Source: Patescibacteria group bacterium (lineage in GTDB: Bacteria; Patescibacteriota; Minisyncoccia; Minisyncoccales; PWPS01). From it: DNA of 39,490 nt. Location: contig JBNJDU010000004.1 of assembly GCA_051745165.1 (NCBI GenBank), positions 1 to 39,490 on the forward strand. The letters run 5' to 3'. The first letter of the stretch is position 1; the number at the start of each line of letters is the position of its first letter. The notes below the pieces were generated by a model that saw only the letters and a program-made list of their open reading frames with translations, made no database searches and was not told where the DNA came from. Shown here one piece after another: positions 7,713 through 15,959 of this stretch. Position numbers and translations under genes: made by a program.

Positions 7713-9866
7713 TTATTTTTTGTAATCACAATCCTTATCTAAACATACCTCCTTACCCTTCTTTTCAACTACAATAGAGTCGCACTCAGGACAAGTCTCT
7801 CCAGTTGGGCGATAGTTAGTTCCAAATTTACATTTAGGATAATTGTCACAACCCCAAAATATCTTTCCTTTTCTGTTTACCCTTTTAATAATAGTTCCTT
7901 CGTCACATTTAGGACAGGCAATGCCAGTATCTTTAATTAGTTTTTCTGTGTTTTTACAGTCCGGATAATTTGTACACCCCCAAAACATACCGTATCTACC
8001 TTGTTTTAGTTTCATTTCTGATCCGCACTCACTACACTTCTTAGGTCCAAACTCTTCTTTCATTTTTTTAATCTCTTCTTTTTCATCATCCATTGGTTCA
8101 GTATATTCACACTCAGGGAAGTTGCTACAAGCTTTAAATTTTCCGTTTTTACCTAACTTTATTACTATTTTCCCGTCTTTACATTCAGGACAATCTTGGT
8201 CGGTTTCTTTTAAAATGTTTTGCTTGTCTAGAGATTCTTCCTTTTCTTTTACATTCTTAATAAAAGGTTCGTAAAAGTCCTTAATCATCTTTTTCCAGTC
8301 TTCTTTACCGTCAGCCACTTTATCTAATTTTTCTTCCATCTTGGCAGTAAATTCAAGATCTACAATATCGGGAAAATGATTTACTAGTAGGTTGCTAACT
8401 ACAATCCCAACATCAGTAGCATGAAGCTTCTTCTTTATCTTCTTTACATAGTTTCTGCTTTGTATGGTTGCTAAAGTTGGCGCGTATGTAGAAGGTCTAC
8501 CGATATCATTCTTTTCTAATTCTTTAATTAATGAAGCTTCACTGTAACGGGCGGGAGGTTTAGTCTCCTTTTCTTGAGTTTCTAGCTTTTCTAAATCTAA
8601 AATGTCTCCTTTAGATAGTTCCGGTAAGGTTTGCTCTTTCATTTTTATTGGGTAAACCTTCATGAAGCCATTGAAGAGAACTTGTTGACCAGAAGCTCTA
8701 AATAAATATTGCTTAGCTTCTACATCAATCTTTTTTCTTTCGATTACTGCGGAAGTCATTTGAGATGCTAAAAATCTCTTTCTAATAAGGTCGTAAAGCT
8801 TTTTCTCTTGAGCCTTGCCTTTAATAGTTTTCTTTTTTGGATTCGTTGGTCGAATTGCTTCGTGCGCTTCTTGCGTTCTTCCTTTTGATTTGAAGTTTCT
8901 CGATTTATAATATTTTTTACCGTACTTATCAATAATTATATCCTTTGCCGCTTTTTTCGATGATTTAGATAAATTAAAAGAGTCAGTTCTGTGGTAGGTA
9001 ATTAAACCTTTTTCGTAAAGAGTTTGGGCTAATCTCATTGTATACTTTGAAGAGTAGTTCAATCTTATTGAGGCATCTTGCTGCAATGTGCTGGTTGTAT
9101 ATGGAGGATAAGGACTTCTTTTCTTTTCTGATTTTCTAACATCAGCTACTTTATAATCTACTCCTTCTTCTTTTAATTCTTTTTTATATTTTTCAAATTC
9201 TCCCTTTTTAGTAATTCCCGGTTTGGAAATTTTATCACCATCTATCTTTATTAATCTAGATCTAAAAGAACTTCCATTTTTTAGATGGGCATAAATTAAC
9301 CAGTAAGTAACTGGATCAAAGTCTCTAATCTCCTTTTCTTTTTCTGCCACTAATCTAAGAGCAACTGATTGCACTCTTCCGGCAGATAGAGAAAAGTCTC
9401 TATATATCTTTTTCCATAAAAGAGGGGAGAGCTTGTATCCTACAAGTCTATCCAAAACTCTTCTTGCTTGTTGAGCGTTAACCAAGTCTTCATCAATATC
9501 TCTAGGATCTTCCAAGGCGTTTAGTATTGCTTCTTTGGTAATCTCGTGAAAAGATACTCGTTGATAATCTTTTAAATCTAATGCTTCTTTCAGGTGCCAA
9601 GAAATAGCTTCTCCCTCTCGATCTGGGTCAGTACTTAAGATTATCTGCTCTGCATCAGAAAGCTCCTTTTTTAGCTTCTTAATTGTCTTTTTTTGCCTTT
9701 TAGGAATAACATAATTTGGTTCAAAATCATTTTCTGTATCTACTCCTAATTTTTTCTGCGGCAAATCTCTTATATGTCCCTTAGTAGAGAGGATCTTATA
9801 TTCATCTCCTAAAAATTTACTAAGAGTTTTCGATTTAGTGGGCGACTCAACTAAAATTAATTTCAT
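7713..9866 (-). CDS. topA: DNA topoisomerase I
   Basis: 717 aa with an N-terminal TOPRIM (LVESPTKSKT...DPDREGEAISWH), the catalytic-Tyr region, and several C-terminal Cys4 zinc-ribbon repeats (CPECK..C..FPEC, CSECG..C..YPDC, CPKC..C..YPKC). Confidence 0.95.
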   Translation of the reverse strand: MKLILVESPTKSKTLSKFLGDEYKILSTKGHIRDLPQKKLGVDTENDFEPNYVIPKRQKKTIKKLKKELSDAEQIILSTDPDREGEAISWHLKEALDLKDYQRVSFHEITKEAILNALEDPRDIDEDLVNAQQARRVLDRLVGYKLSPLLWKKIYRDFSLSAGRVQSVALRLVAEKEKEIRDFDPVTYWLIYAHLKNGSSFRSRLIKIDGDKISKPGITKKGEFEKYKKELKEEGVDYKVADVRKSEKKRSPYPPYTTSTLQQDASIRLNYSSKYTMRLAQTLYEKGLITYHRTDSFNLSKSSKKAAKDIIIDKYGKKYYKSRNFKSKGRTQEAHEAIRPTNPKKKTIKGKAQEKKLYDLIRKRFLASQMTSAVIERKKIDVEAKQYLFRASGQQVLFNGFMKVYPIKMKEQTLPELSKGDILDLEKLETQEKETKPPARYSEASLIKELEKNDIGRPSTYAPTLATIQSRNYVKKIKKKLHATDVGIVVSNLLVNHFPDIVDLEFTAKMEEKLDKVADGKEDWKKMIKDFYEPFIKNVKEKEESLDKQNILKETDQDCPECKDGKIVIKLGKNGKFKACSNFPECEYTEPMDDEKEEIKKMKEEFGPKKCSECGSEMKLKQGRYGMFWGCTNYPDCKNTEKLIKDTGIACPKCDEGTIIKRVNRKGKIFWGCDNYPKCKFGTNYRPTGETCPECDSIVVEKKGKEVCLDKDCDYKK

Positions 9867-9966
9867 AGTTTCAAGTGTTAAAAATCAAACTAGCTTAAAA
9901 ATGCTACCATTAAATTCAACTATTGTAAATAAATAAACGTTTAAATCTTAAAGAACTAGTAAAAAC

Positions 9967-9994
9967 TTGACAAATAAAAAATATGTAATATAAT
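9967..9994 (+). promoter_or_regulatory. Sigma70-like promoter (TTGACA-16-TATAAT)
   Basis: TTGACA at 9967-9972 and TATAAT at 9989-9994. This would start a transcript just 5' of the structured leader at 10008. Confidence 0.5.
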
Positions 9995-10007
9995 ACAGTT
10001 ACCTTGA

Positions 10008-10203
10008 TCTTTAAGTTTATCTACGAAGGGTTCATTTCACTGGATCTTCTTTGAAGAACTGGTGAAACAAAAAAGGAACAAAAATCCTCCTTATATCCCT
10101 CCTTTCACATATTTTTGTTCTGGAACCTGCTCGTCTTTGACGAGTATTCCGTTTGGGATTCGTTTTCGAATTTCGGACGGAAATTCGTAGATAAACTTAA
10201 GGA
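10008..10203 (+). promoter_or_regulatory. Structured 5' leader or ncRNA of about 196 nt (four hairpins closed by a 17-20 bp helix) with an anti-SD loop
   Basis: The long-range stem 10011-10027 / 10184-10200 is perfect and extends by T-G, C-G and T-A pairs. Internal helices contain G-T wobbles on the + strand only. The loop at 10094-10105 is the exact complement of the SD region at 10205-10216. Confidence 0.5.
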
Positions 10204-10219
10204 AAAAGGAGGGATAGTA

Positions 10220-10297
10220 GTGAAGATATTAAAAATAATAGTTGAAGCCTTTGAGGAGTATTTCACTTACGGCGGAGATACTACTCATTGGATCTAA
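10220..10297 (+). CDS. Small ORF (25 aa, GTG start: MKILKIIVEAFEEYFTYGGDTTHWI)
   Basis: GGAGGG SD lies 7 nt upstream of the GTG and an intrinsic terminator follows. The longer track ORF 10115..10297 runs through the structured leader and is unlikely to be real. Confidence 0.35.
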   Translation: MKILKIIVEAFEEYFTYGGDTTHWI

Positions 10298-10324
10298 AAC
10301 TGAGTTAAAAAACTCAGTTTTTTT
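10298..10324. terminator. Bidirectional intrinsic terminator shared by the small ORF and pth
   Basis: Stem AACTGAGTT / AACTCAGTT with an AAAA loop and flanking A and T runs. The pth stop codon lies inside the hairpin. Confidence 0.8.
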
Positions 10325-10862
10325 CTTGGAATGATTTCTTTTCAAAACCCTCTTTTAATCCTTTTTTTATTTCTTTAATAGTTCTCTCTACAAGTTTATT
10401 AACTAACTTTTCTTCTTCTTTACTAAATTTCTTTAAAGCAATTTCACCAGCTTTCTTATTTTCTTTTCCAATTCCAAATCTGATTCTCCAAAAATTTTTA
10501 GTTGATAGGTGGTTAATTATTGATTGAACACCGTTGTGTCCTCCGGAACTTCTGTTTTTATCTATTTTTATCTTCCCTAAATTAATATCAGAGTCATCAT
10601 GAATGATTACTATATCTTTTGAATTAACATTGTAGTAACGAGCAAAATTGGAAACGGAAACACCGGATTTATTCATAAAAGTTTGTGGCTTTAAAAGAAC
10701 TACATCTCCTTCTTTAGTTAGAAGGCCATTAAACTTATTATCAAGACTAAAGTCGGGAAAATTTTCTTCCCTTTTTAATTTATCTATTATTCTAAAACCA
10801 ATATTATGACGAGTTTCTTCGTATTTTTGTCCTGGATTTCCTAATCCAACTATTAAAGTCAT
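10314..10862 (-). CDS. pth: Peptidyl-tRNA hydrolase
   Basis: MTLIVGLGNPGQKYEETRHNIGF signature. I start it at the ATG at 10862 rather than the TTG at 10898 used by the ORF track. Confidence 0.9.
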   Translation of the reverse strand: MTLIVGLGNPGQKYEETRHNIGFRIIDKLKREENFPDFSLDNKFNGLLTKEGDVVLLKPQTFMNKSGVSVSNFARYYNVNSKDIVIIHDDSDINLGKIKIDKNRSSGGHNGVQSIINHLSTKNFWRIRFGIGKENKKAGEIALKKFSKEEEKLVNKLVERTIKEIKKGLKEGFEKKSFQEKN

Positions 10863-10869
10863 TGCTTTT

Positions 10870-10898
10870 ATAATAGTATAGATTCTTAAAGGTGACAA
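10870..10898 (-). promoter_or_regulatory. Sigma70-like promoter for pth (TTGTCA-17-TATTAT); near-leaderless
   Basis: On the minus strand, TTGTCA is at 10898-10893 and TATTAT at 10875-10870. Only 7 nt separate the -10 box from the ATG. Confidence 0.45.
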
Positions 10899-10910
10899 AT
10901 AATTATTTTC

Positions 10911-10919
10911 TGGTATAAT
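10911..10919 (+). promoter_or_regulatory. Extended -10 promoter element (TGGTATAAT)
   Basis: Matches TGnTATAAT, 17 nt upstream of the AGGAGG SD of the GGDEF gene. Confidence 0.4.
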
Positions 10920-10936
10920 ACATTCAGTTTTAGGAG

Positions 10937-11596
10937 GTGGCTAAAATGTTCATTAACAAAGTAAGAGGTTTAATCGACCGGTTCTTGGTGTTTGTTCTAA
11001 GAAGAAGAGACCCTTTGACTGGACTCTTGGATAGATCCGCATTGAAGCAAATAAATAAGAAACGATTCAAAAACGAGGAGGTATCTTTAGTTTTTTTAGA
11101 TTTAGATAATTTTAAAGAAGTAAATGACTGTTTAGGCCATCAATTAGGAGATATCTTTTTAAAAGAATTTTCTAACCTACTTAAACGTGAAGTTAGAAAC
11201 AGAGATTTAGCAATTAGATGGGGTGGCGATGAGTTTATTGTTTGTCTTTTTGGAGCAAGTAAAAAAGAGGCAAAAGGGTTTTTGAAAAGAATAAGATTAA
11301 AACTTAGGGATATAGATATAACTAGAAGAGATGATTTTTTAAAATTACAACAAAGCATAGCAAAAGAAAATTTTTGCGATCCAAAATCATTAAAGGAAAT
11401 AACTAGAGAATTTAATGTTAGTGGGGGAATAGCTAAGGTAAAGGAGAGCGTTTTTAAAGCAATATCGATTGCCGATCAAAGAATGTATAGGGATAAGGAT
11501 CGAAAAGGAGAGAAGTTGCCCTCTAAAGAAGTAATAAATCCGTTTTCTCATAAGAAAGAAAGAAAAAAATTAAAGAAATTGTTGGCTCGAAAATAA
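10937..11596 (+). CDS. Stand-alone GGDEF-domain protein (putative diguanylate cyclase)
   Basis: Contains LTGLLDR...FLDLDNFKEVND...RWGGDEF with an RNRD I-site-like motif 5 residues upstream of GGDEF. The true start is probably the ATG at 10946, 9 nt after AGGAGG. Confidence 0.85.
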   Translation: MAKMFINKVRGLIDRFLVFVLRRRDPLTGLLDRSALKQINKKRFKNEEVSLVFLDLDNFKEVNDCLGHQLGDIFLKEFSNLLKREVRNRDLAIRWGGDEFIVCLFGASKKEAKGFLKRIRLKLRDIDITRRDDFLKLQQSIAKENFCDPKSLKEITREFNVSGGIAKVKESVFKAISIADQRMYRDKDRKGEKLPSKEVINPFSHKKERKKLKKLLARK

Positions 11597-11673
11597 GTAA
11601 TGAAAAAGTGGAAAAAATTATTGAAAAACTAAAAGAAAGCGGATATATTTTAGGAAAAAGGATTTAACTTAAA

Positions 11674-11701
11674 AGCTAGCTAAAAAAGCTGGCTTTTTTT
11701 C
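11674..11701 (+). terminator. Intrinsic terminator
   Basis: Stem AGCTAGC / GCTGGCT (one T-G wobble) with a 7-nt loop and a T7-8 run. Confidence 0.7.
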
Positions 11702-11730
11702 TTGCCAAACCCCCTTAAATCTGCTAAAAT
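11702..11730 (+). promoter_or_regulatory. Sigma70-like promoter for lepB (TTGCCA-17-TAAAAT); near-leaderless
   Basis: TTGCCA at 11702-11707 and TAAAAT at 11725-11730. The ATG at 11739 is only 8 nt downstream of the -10 box. Confidence 0.5.
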
Positions 11731-11738
11731 ATAAGAGT

Positions 11739-12257
11739 ATGAAATGGTTAGATTTTACATCAGAAATAATAAAAACTATTCTCCTAGCAGCTCTAATTGT
11801 TATTCCAATTAGAACTTTTATTTTCCAGCCATTCTTGGTTAGAGGAGCTTCTATGGAGCCAAATTATCATCAAGGTGATTATCTTATAGTAGATCAACTT
11901 TCTTATAGATTAAGAGAGCCGGAACGTGGAGAAGTTATTGTTTTTGACTCTCCAACTCCGCCTAAGAGAAGATTTATAAAAAGAATTATTGGATTACCTG
12001 GAGAGACAGTTTCTCTTGAAGATGGAACTATATATATAGAAAACGGCGAAAAGAGACCTTTAGAAGAAGATAATTATCTACAAGAGAAGACAGAAGGAGA
12101 TTTTGAGGTGACCTTAGATGATGATGAGTATTTTACCATGGGTGATAATAGAGAAGCTTCTTTAGATTCCAGAAGCTGGGGTCCTCTCCCTGAGGAAAAT
12201 ATAATTGGTCGCGTATCTGTTCAATTAACACCTTTTTCAACTTTAGCATTCAAATAA
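11739..12257 (+). CDS. lepB: Signal peptidase I
   Basis: N-terminal TM segment, catalytic GASMEP, KRIIGLPGE, and the GDNREASLDSR box. Confidence 0.9.
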   Translation: MKWLDFTSEIIKTILLAALIVIPIRTFIFQPFLVRGASMEPNYHQGDYLIVDQLSYRLREPERGEVIVFDSPTPPKRRFIKRIIGLPGETVSLEDGTIYIENGEKRPLEEDNYLQEKTEGDFEVTLDDDEYFTMGDNREASLDSRSWGPLPEENIIGRVSVQLTPFSTLAFK

Positions 12258-12270
12258 CTTCAAATAAATT

Positions 12271-13530
12271 ATGGCCAACAACGAATACAAAAAGCCGACC
12301 GGTACGCAAGACATATATGGTAAAAAGCAAAGATATTTTGAGAGGATAAGAGAGGTGGCAAAAGAAGTTTCTTATGAATATAATTTTGAAGAGATTCAGA
12401 CACCAATTATAGAAGAGGAAGATCTCTTTATTCGATCAGTAGGAGACAATACTGACATAGTCCAAAAAGAGATGTATACCTTTAAAACTAAAGGAGATGA
12501 TAAATTGGCCCTGCGACCAGAAGGAACAGCCTCTATAGCTAGAAGTTACATTGAAAATGACTTTTATAAAAAATCGCAACCGGTAAAGTTCTTTTACTTT
12601 GGTCCTTTCTTTAGATATGAGCGACCCCAAAAGGGAAGATACAGGCAATTTCATCAGTTTGGATTGGAGGTATTAGGTAAAGATTCTCCGGCATTGGATA
12701 GCCAGTTAATTAAAGTTTTTTATAATATATTTGAAAGGCTGGGATTAGATGTAGTAGTTAAGGTAAATAGTATTGGTGATGATAATTGTCGACCTGAATA
12801 TATAAAAACATTAAAGAAAGCTCTCAAAAAAGACAAAGATGATTTGTGTGATAACTGCCAGAGAAGATATGATGAAAACCCACTTCGAATATTAGATTGT
12901 AAAAATGAAAAGTGCCAAGAAATTACAGAAAATGCTCCCCAAATTGTAGATCATTTATGCAAGGCCTGTAAGAAAAAGTTTAAAGCTGTCCTTGAATATT
13001 TAGACGGAATGGATATTCCTTATGAATTAGATCCATTCTTAGTAAGGGGACTTGATTATTACACTAATACTGTATTTGAATTTTTTGAAAAAGATGGTGA
13101 TTTAGCTTTAGGCGGAGGAGGAAGATATGACAAGCTAATAGAATTAATGGGTGGTAGAGAAACTCCTGCTTTGGGAGGAGCGATGGGAGTAGAAAGAATT
13201 GCTGAACTCATGGAAGAAGAAGGGGTTGAATTAGAAGATAAAAGCAAAAAAGTATTTTTAGCACAATTAGGAAACTCAGCCAAAAAACGAGCCTTTGAAC
13301 TTTTTGAAGAATTCAGAGAAGAAGAAATTCCGGTTTATGAATCAATGGGTAGGGATTCTTTAAAATCTCAAATGTCTAGAGCTGATAAACTGGGAGCTAA
13401 ATACACCCTTATATTAGGAAGACAGGAGTGTATTAAAAATCAGATTATAATTAGAGAGATGAAAACCGGAAAACAAGAGACAGTTCCTTTAGATGGAGTT
13501 GTTAAAGAAATAAAAAAACGAATCAAATGA
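12271..13530 (+). CDS. hisS: Histidine--tRNA ligase
   Basis: 419 aa with the class II motifs LRPEGTA, FRYERPQKGRYRQFHQ and GGGGRYD, plus a C-terminal anticodon-binding domain. Confidence 0.95.
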   Translation: MANNEYKKPTGTQDIYGKKQRYFERIREVAKEVSYEYNFEEIQTPIIEEEDLFIRSVGDNTDIVQKEMYTFKTKGDDKLALRPEGTASIARSYIENDFYKKSQPVKFFYFGPFFRYERPQKGRYRQFHQFGLEVLGKDSPALDSQLIKVFYNIFERLGLDVVVKVNSIGDDNCRPEYIKTLKKALKKDKDDLCDNCQRRYDENPLRILDCKNEKCQEITENAPQIVDHLCKACKKKFKAVLEYLDGMDIPYELDPFLVRGLDYYTNTVFEFFEKDGDLALGGGGRYDKLIELMGGRETPALGGAMGVERIAELMEEEGVELEDKSKKVFLAQLGNSAKKRAFELFEEFREEEIPVYESMGRDSLKSQMSRADKLGAKYTLILGRQECIKNQIIIREMKTGKQETVPLDGVVKEIKKRIK

Positions 13531-13886
13531 AAGACTGTTTATTTTGTAAAATAGCTCAAAAAAAAGAGGATGCTGATATCGTCTATGAAGATGATAAAGT
13601 GATTGCTTTTGAAAATATAAGACCACTTGCGCCTGTTCATGTGTTAGTTGTTCCCAAACGACATATCGCTACTGTAAATGATATAAGTGAAAAAGATACT
13701 GAACTTATCGGTCATATTTGGAAGGTAATGAGCAAGGTCGCTGAAGAGAAACAAGTAAAAAACAGTGGTTACAAGGTGGCGGTAAATGTAGGTGAAGGAG
13801 GTGGACAAGAAATTTTTCACCTTCACTATCATTTATTAGGTGGATGGAAGTCAGCTGAAGAGAGAGACCTGCCTAATATGCCCTGA
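13527..13886 (+). CDS. HIT-family (histidine triad) nucleotide hydrolase
   Basis: CLFCKI N-terminus and the HLHYHLLGG histidine triad. Its start overlaps the hisS stop (ATGA). Confidence 0.9.
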   Translation: MKDCLFCKIAQKKEDADIVYEDDKVIAFENIRPLAPVHVLVVPKRHIATVNDISEKDTELIGHIWKVMSKVAEEKQVKNSGYKVAVNVGEGGGQEIFHLHYHLLGGWKSAEERDLPNMP

Positions 13887-13935
13887 ACCACATAGAGTTC
13901 AGGATCGTAAACCCTACGTGGTTTACGGCCTTAAT

Positions 13936-13964
13936 TTGACAGTTTTAGTAAATTACCTCATAAT
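13936..13964 (+). promoter_or_regulatory. Sigma70-like promoter (TTGACA-17-CATAAT) upstream of rpsU
   Basis: TTGACA at 13936-13941 and CATAAT at 13959-13964. This predicts a leader of about 80 nt. Confidence 0.45.
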
Positions 13965-14052
13965 TCTCCCTACAGCAACGCTCATATACACCACTAAAAT
14001 TTGTTAAAAGTAAATAGTAAAGAGTTAATAGTAAATAATTAATAGTTAAAAT

Positions 14053-14268
14053 ATGCCATTAGTAGTAAAAAGAAGATCAAAAGAAAATAACTCAAGATTA
14101 GTACACAGATTTAACAGAGAAGTTAGAAAATCTGGTATTATTAATGAAGCTAGAAGCAGAAGATTTTATGAAAAACCTCTAAATGAAACTGCTAAAAAGA
14201 AAAGTGCTTTAAGAAAGAAAGAACTTACAGAAGAATACAAAAGAAAAAGAAAATTAGGTGAATTGTAA
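14053..14268 (+). CDS. rpsU: 30S ribosomal protein S21
   Basis: 71-aa highly basic ORF with an S21-like pattern (MPLVVKRR..., RFNREVRKSGI..E.R.RRFYEKP). Confidence 0.85.
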   Translation: MPLVVKRRSKENNSRLVHRFNREVRKSGIINEARSRRFYEKPLNETAKKKSALRKKELTEEYKRKRKLGEL

Positions 14269-14271
14269 TTA

Positions 14272-14655
14272 ATGGTTGAAATAAACAATCGTACTGATTA
14301 CAATCTAGATTTAGAAGATTTAAAAATCTTTGTCCAGAGAGCTTTGTCTGAAGAGATGAAGCTCTCTATTGCTTTTTTAGAACCCTCAGAAATTAAAAAA
14401 TTTAATAAAAAGTATAGAGACTCCGAAGGTCCTACCGATGTTTTGTCTTTTGAAGGGGATAAAGAATTTTTAGGAGAAGTTTTAGTTTCTCCAAAAGTAG
14501 TTGAAGAACAAGCTAAGCGACACGGATTAAAATTTGACAGAGAAATAAGACGGGTTTTAATCCACGGAGTACTGCATTTACTAGGCTATGATCATAAAAA
14601 AAAGGACGATAAAAAAGAGATGAGAGAAAAAGAAGAAGAGTTTCTCTCTGGTTGA
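14272..14655 (+). CDS. ybeY: rRNA maturation RNase YbeY
   Basis: HGVLHLLGYDH zinc-binding motif; 127 aa. Confidence 0.9.
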   Translation: MVEINNRTDYNLDLEDLKIFVQRALSEEMKLSIAFLEPSEIKKFNKKYRDSEGPTDVLSFEGDKEFLGEVLVSPKVVEEQAKRHGLKFDREIRRVLIHGVLHLLGYDHKKKDDKKEMREKEEEFLSG

Positions 14656-14728
14656 AAAGTTTCCATAAAAAAGTTAGAATAAGTGCAGTGAGACGCTTTT
14701 TTTTAAAAAATAAAACAGTTAGACTAAA

Positions 14729-15946
14729 ATGAGCAAAAACCCCATAATTGCCGGTTTGGATATAGGATCATACGCCACCAAAATTTTAGTTGCTAAAGAA
14801 AGACCCGATGGTAGGGGTTTTGAAGTATTAGGTAGAGGAATCAGTATTTCCGAAGGAATTCGCAAAGGTGTTATAAATAATAGAAAAAAGGCTACCCAAA
14901 CAATCTCCAAAGCTTTAAATCAAGCAGAAAAAGAAGCAGGTAGGGAGATTAACAAGGCTTACGTCAACATTAACGGTAGTCATATTTTTTGCCTTTCTTC
15001 GGAAGGACTGGTTTCCGTTTCTAGGGCGGACCAAAAAATCTCTAAACAAGACTTAGAAAGAGTAATAGATGCTGCTAAAACATTTTCAATTCCTTCTAAT
15101 AAGGAGATAATTGAGGTTATCCCTCAAGAGTATATTGTAGATGACCAAGGAGGCATTAAAGAACCTTTAGGACTTACTGGTGTCAGATTAGAAGCAAAGA
15201 TTCTTGCTGTTGGAGGCTTTACCCCTTATATAGATAATACTTCTGAGGTAGTCGTTGAATCCGGTCTGGAAGTTAAAGATATGTTTTTAGGGTCAGCGGC
15301 TAGCGCTAGATCAGTTTTAGATTCTCAAGAGAGAGAATTAGGGGTTGCTGTTGTTGATTTAGGAGCAGCTACCACCTCCATTTCTGTGTTTGAAGAAGGA
15401 GAAATGATTCACACTGCGGTTATTCCTATCGGCATGCAAAACGTTAGAAATGATATTGCAATTGGACTTAGAGTTTCTATTGAAGCGGCAGAAAAAATAT
15501 TAGAAGAATTAGGCTCTCATATTCTAGGTGAAGCCAGCACCAGGAGAAAAGCAGTTGACATACCGGGAGGAGAAGAAGTTACTTTTAAAGAAAAAGATTT
15601 AAAAGAGATTGCTAAAGCAAGAGTTGAAGAGATTTTTGAATTAGTAGATAAGGAGCTGGACGAAATTGAAAGGTCAGGACTACTTCCAGGAGGAATTGTT
15701 CTTACCGGTGGTGGAGCCAAGATGGAGCATTTAGTAAAGTTTGTTAAGAAAAAATCCGAACTTCCGGTTAGAGTTGGGGCTCCAACCGATTTTTATCCTT
15801 CGCAAGAAGACCCTTCACTTTCCACTGTTTGTGGGCTTGTAAAGTTAGGGGTAGATAATGCTAAAGGAAAAGGATTTATGGATTTTGACTTTAATAGCGG
15901 ATTAAGTAAGAAACTTAAAAAAATATTTAGAATATTTATACCATAA
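14729..15946 (+). CDS. ftsA: Cell division protein FtsA
   Basis: Actin-fold motifs (GLDIGSYATKILVA, VVDLGAATTSISVF, GIVLTGGGAK) and a C-terminal amphipathic helix (LSKKLKKIFRIF). Confidence 0.92.
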   Translation: MSKNPIIAGLDIGSYATKILVAKERPDGRGFEVLGRGISISEGIRKGVINNRKKATQTISKALNQAEKEAGREINKAYVNINGSHIFCLSSEGLVSVSRADQKISKQDLERVIDAAKTFSIPSNKEIIEVIPQEYIVDDQGGIKEPLGLTGVRLEAKILAVGGFTPYIDNTSEVVVESGLEVKDMFLGSAASARSVLDSQERELGVAVVDLGAATTSISVFEEGEMIHTAVIPIGMQNVRNDIAIGLRVSIEAAEKILEELGSHILGEASTRRKAVDIPGGEEVTFKEKDLKEIAKARVEEIFELVDKELDEIERSGLLPGGIVLTGGGAKMEHLVKFVKKKSELPVRVGAPTDFYPSQEDPSLSTVCGLVKLGVDNAKGKGFMDFDFNSGLSKKLKKIFRIFIP

Positions 15947-15959
15947 ACCACAACATATT

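Noticed and set aside
10115-10219. The long version (60 aa) of the ORF at 10115..10297
   Set aside because: Its 5' two-thirds run through helices H2-H4 and the closing stem of the structured leader and have no SD. Only the GTG at 10220 has a proper SD, so I kept the 25-codon version, and that only tentatively.
10863-10898. A 12-codon N-terminal extension of pth from a TTG start
   Set aside because: The conserved Pth N-terminus begins at MTLIVGLGNPG (ATG at 10862), and the extension overlaps the predicted promoter.
11602-11671. Tiny ORFs after the GGDEF gene: MKKWKKLLKN, and a GTG-started VEKIIEKLKESGYILGKRI
   Set aside because: They have no SD, are very short, and lie between the stop codon and the terminator. 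I considered a frameshifted C-terminus of the GGDEF protein, but the GGDEF domain is already complete.
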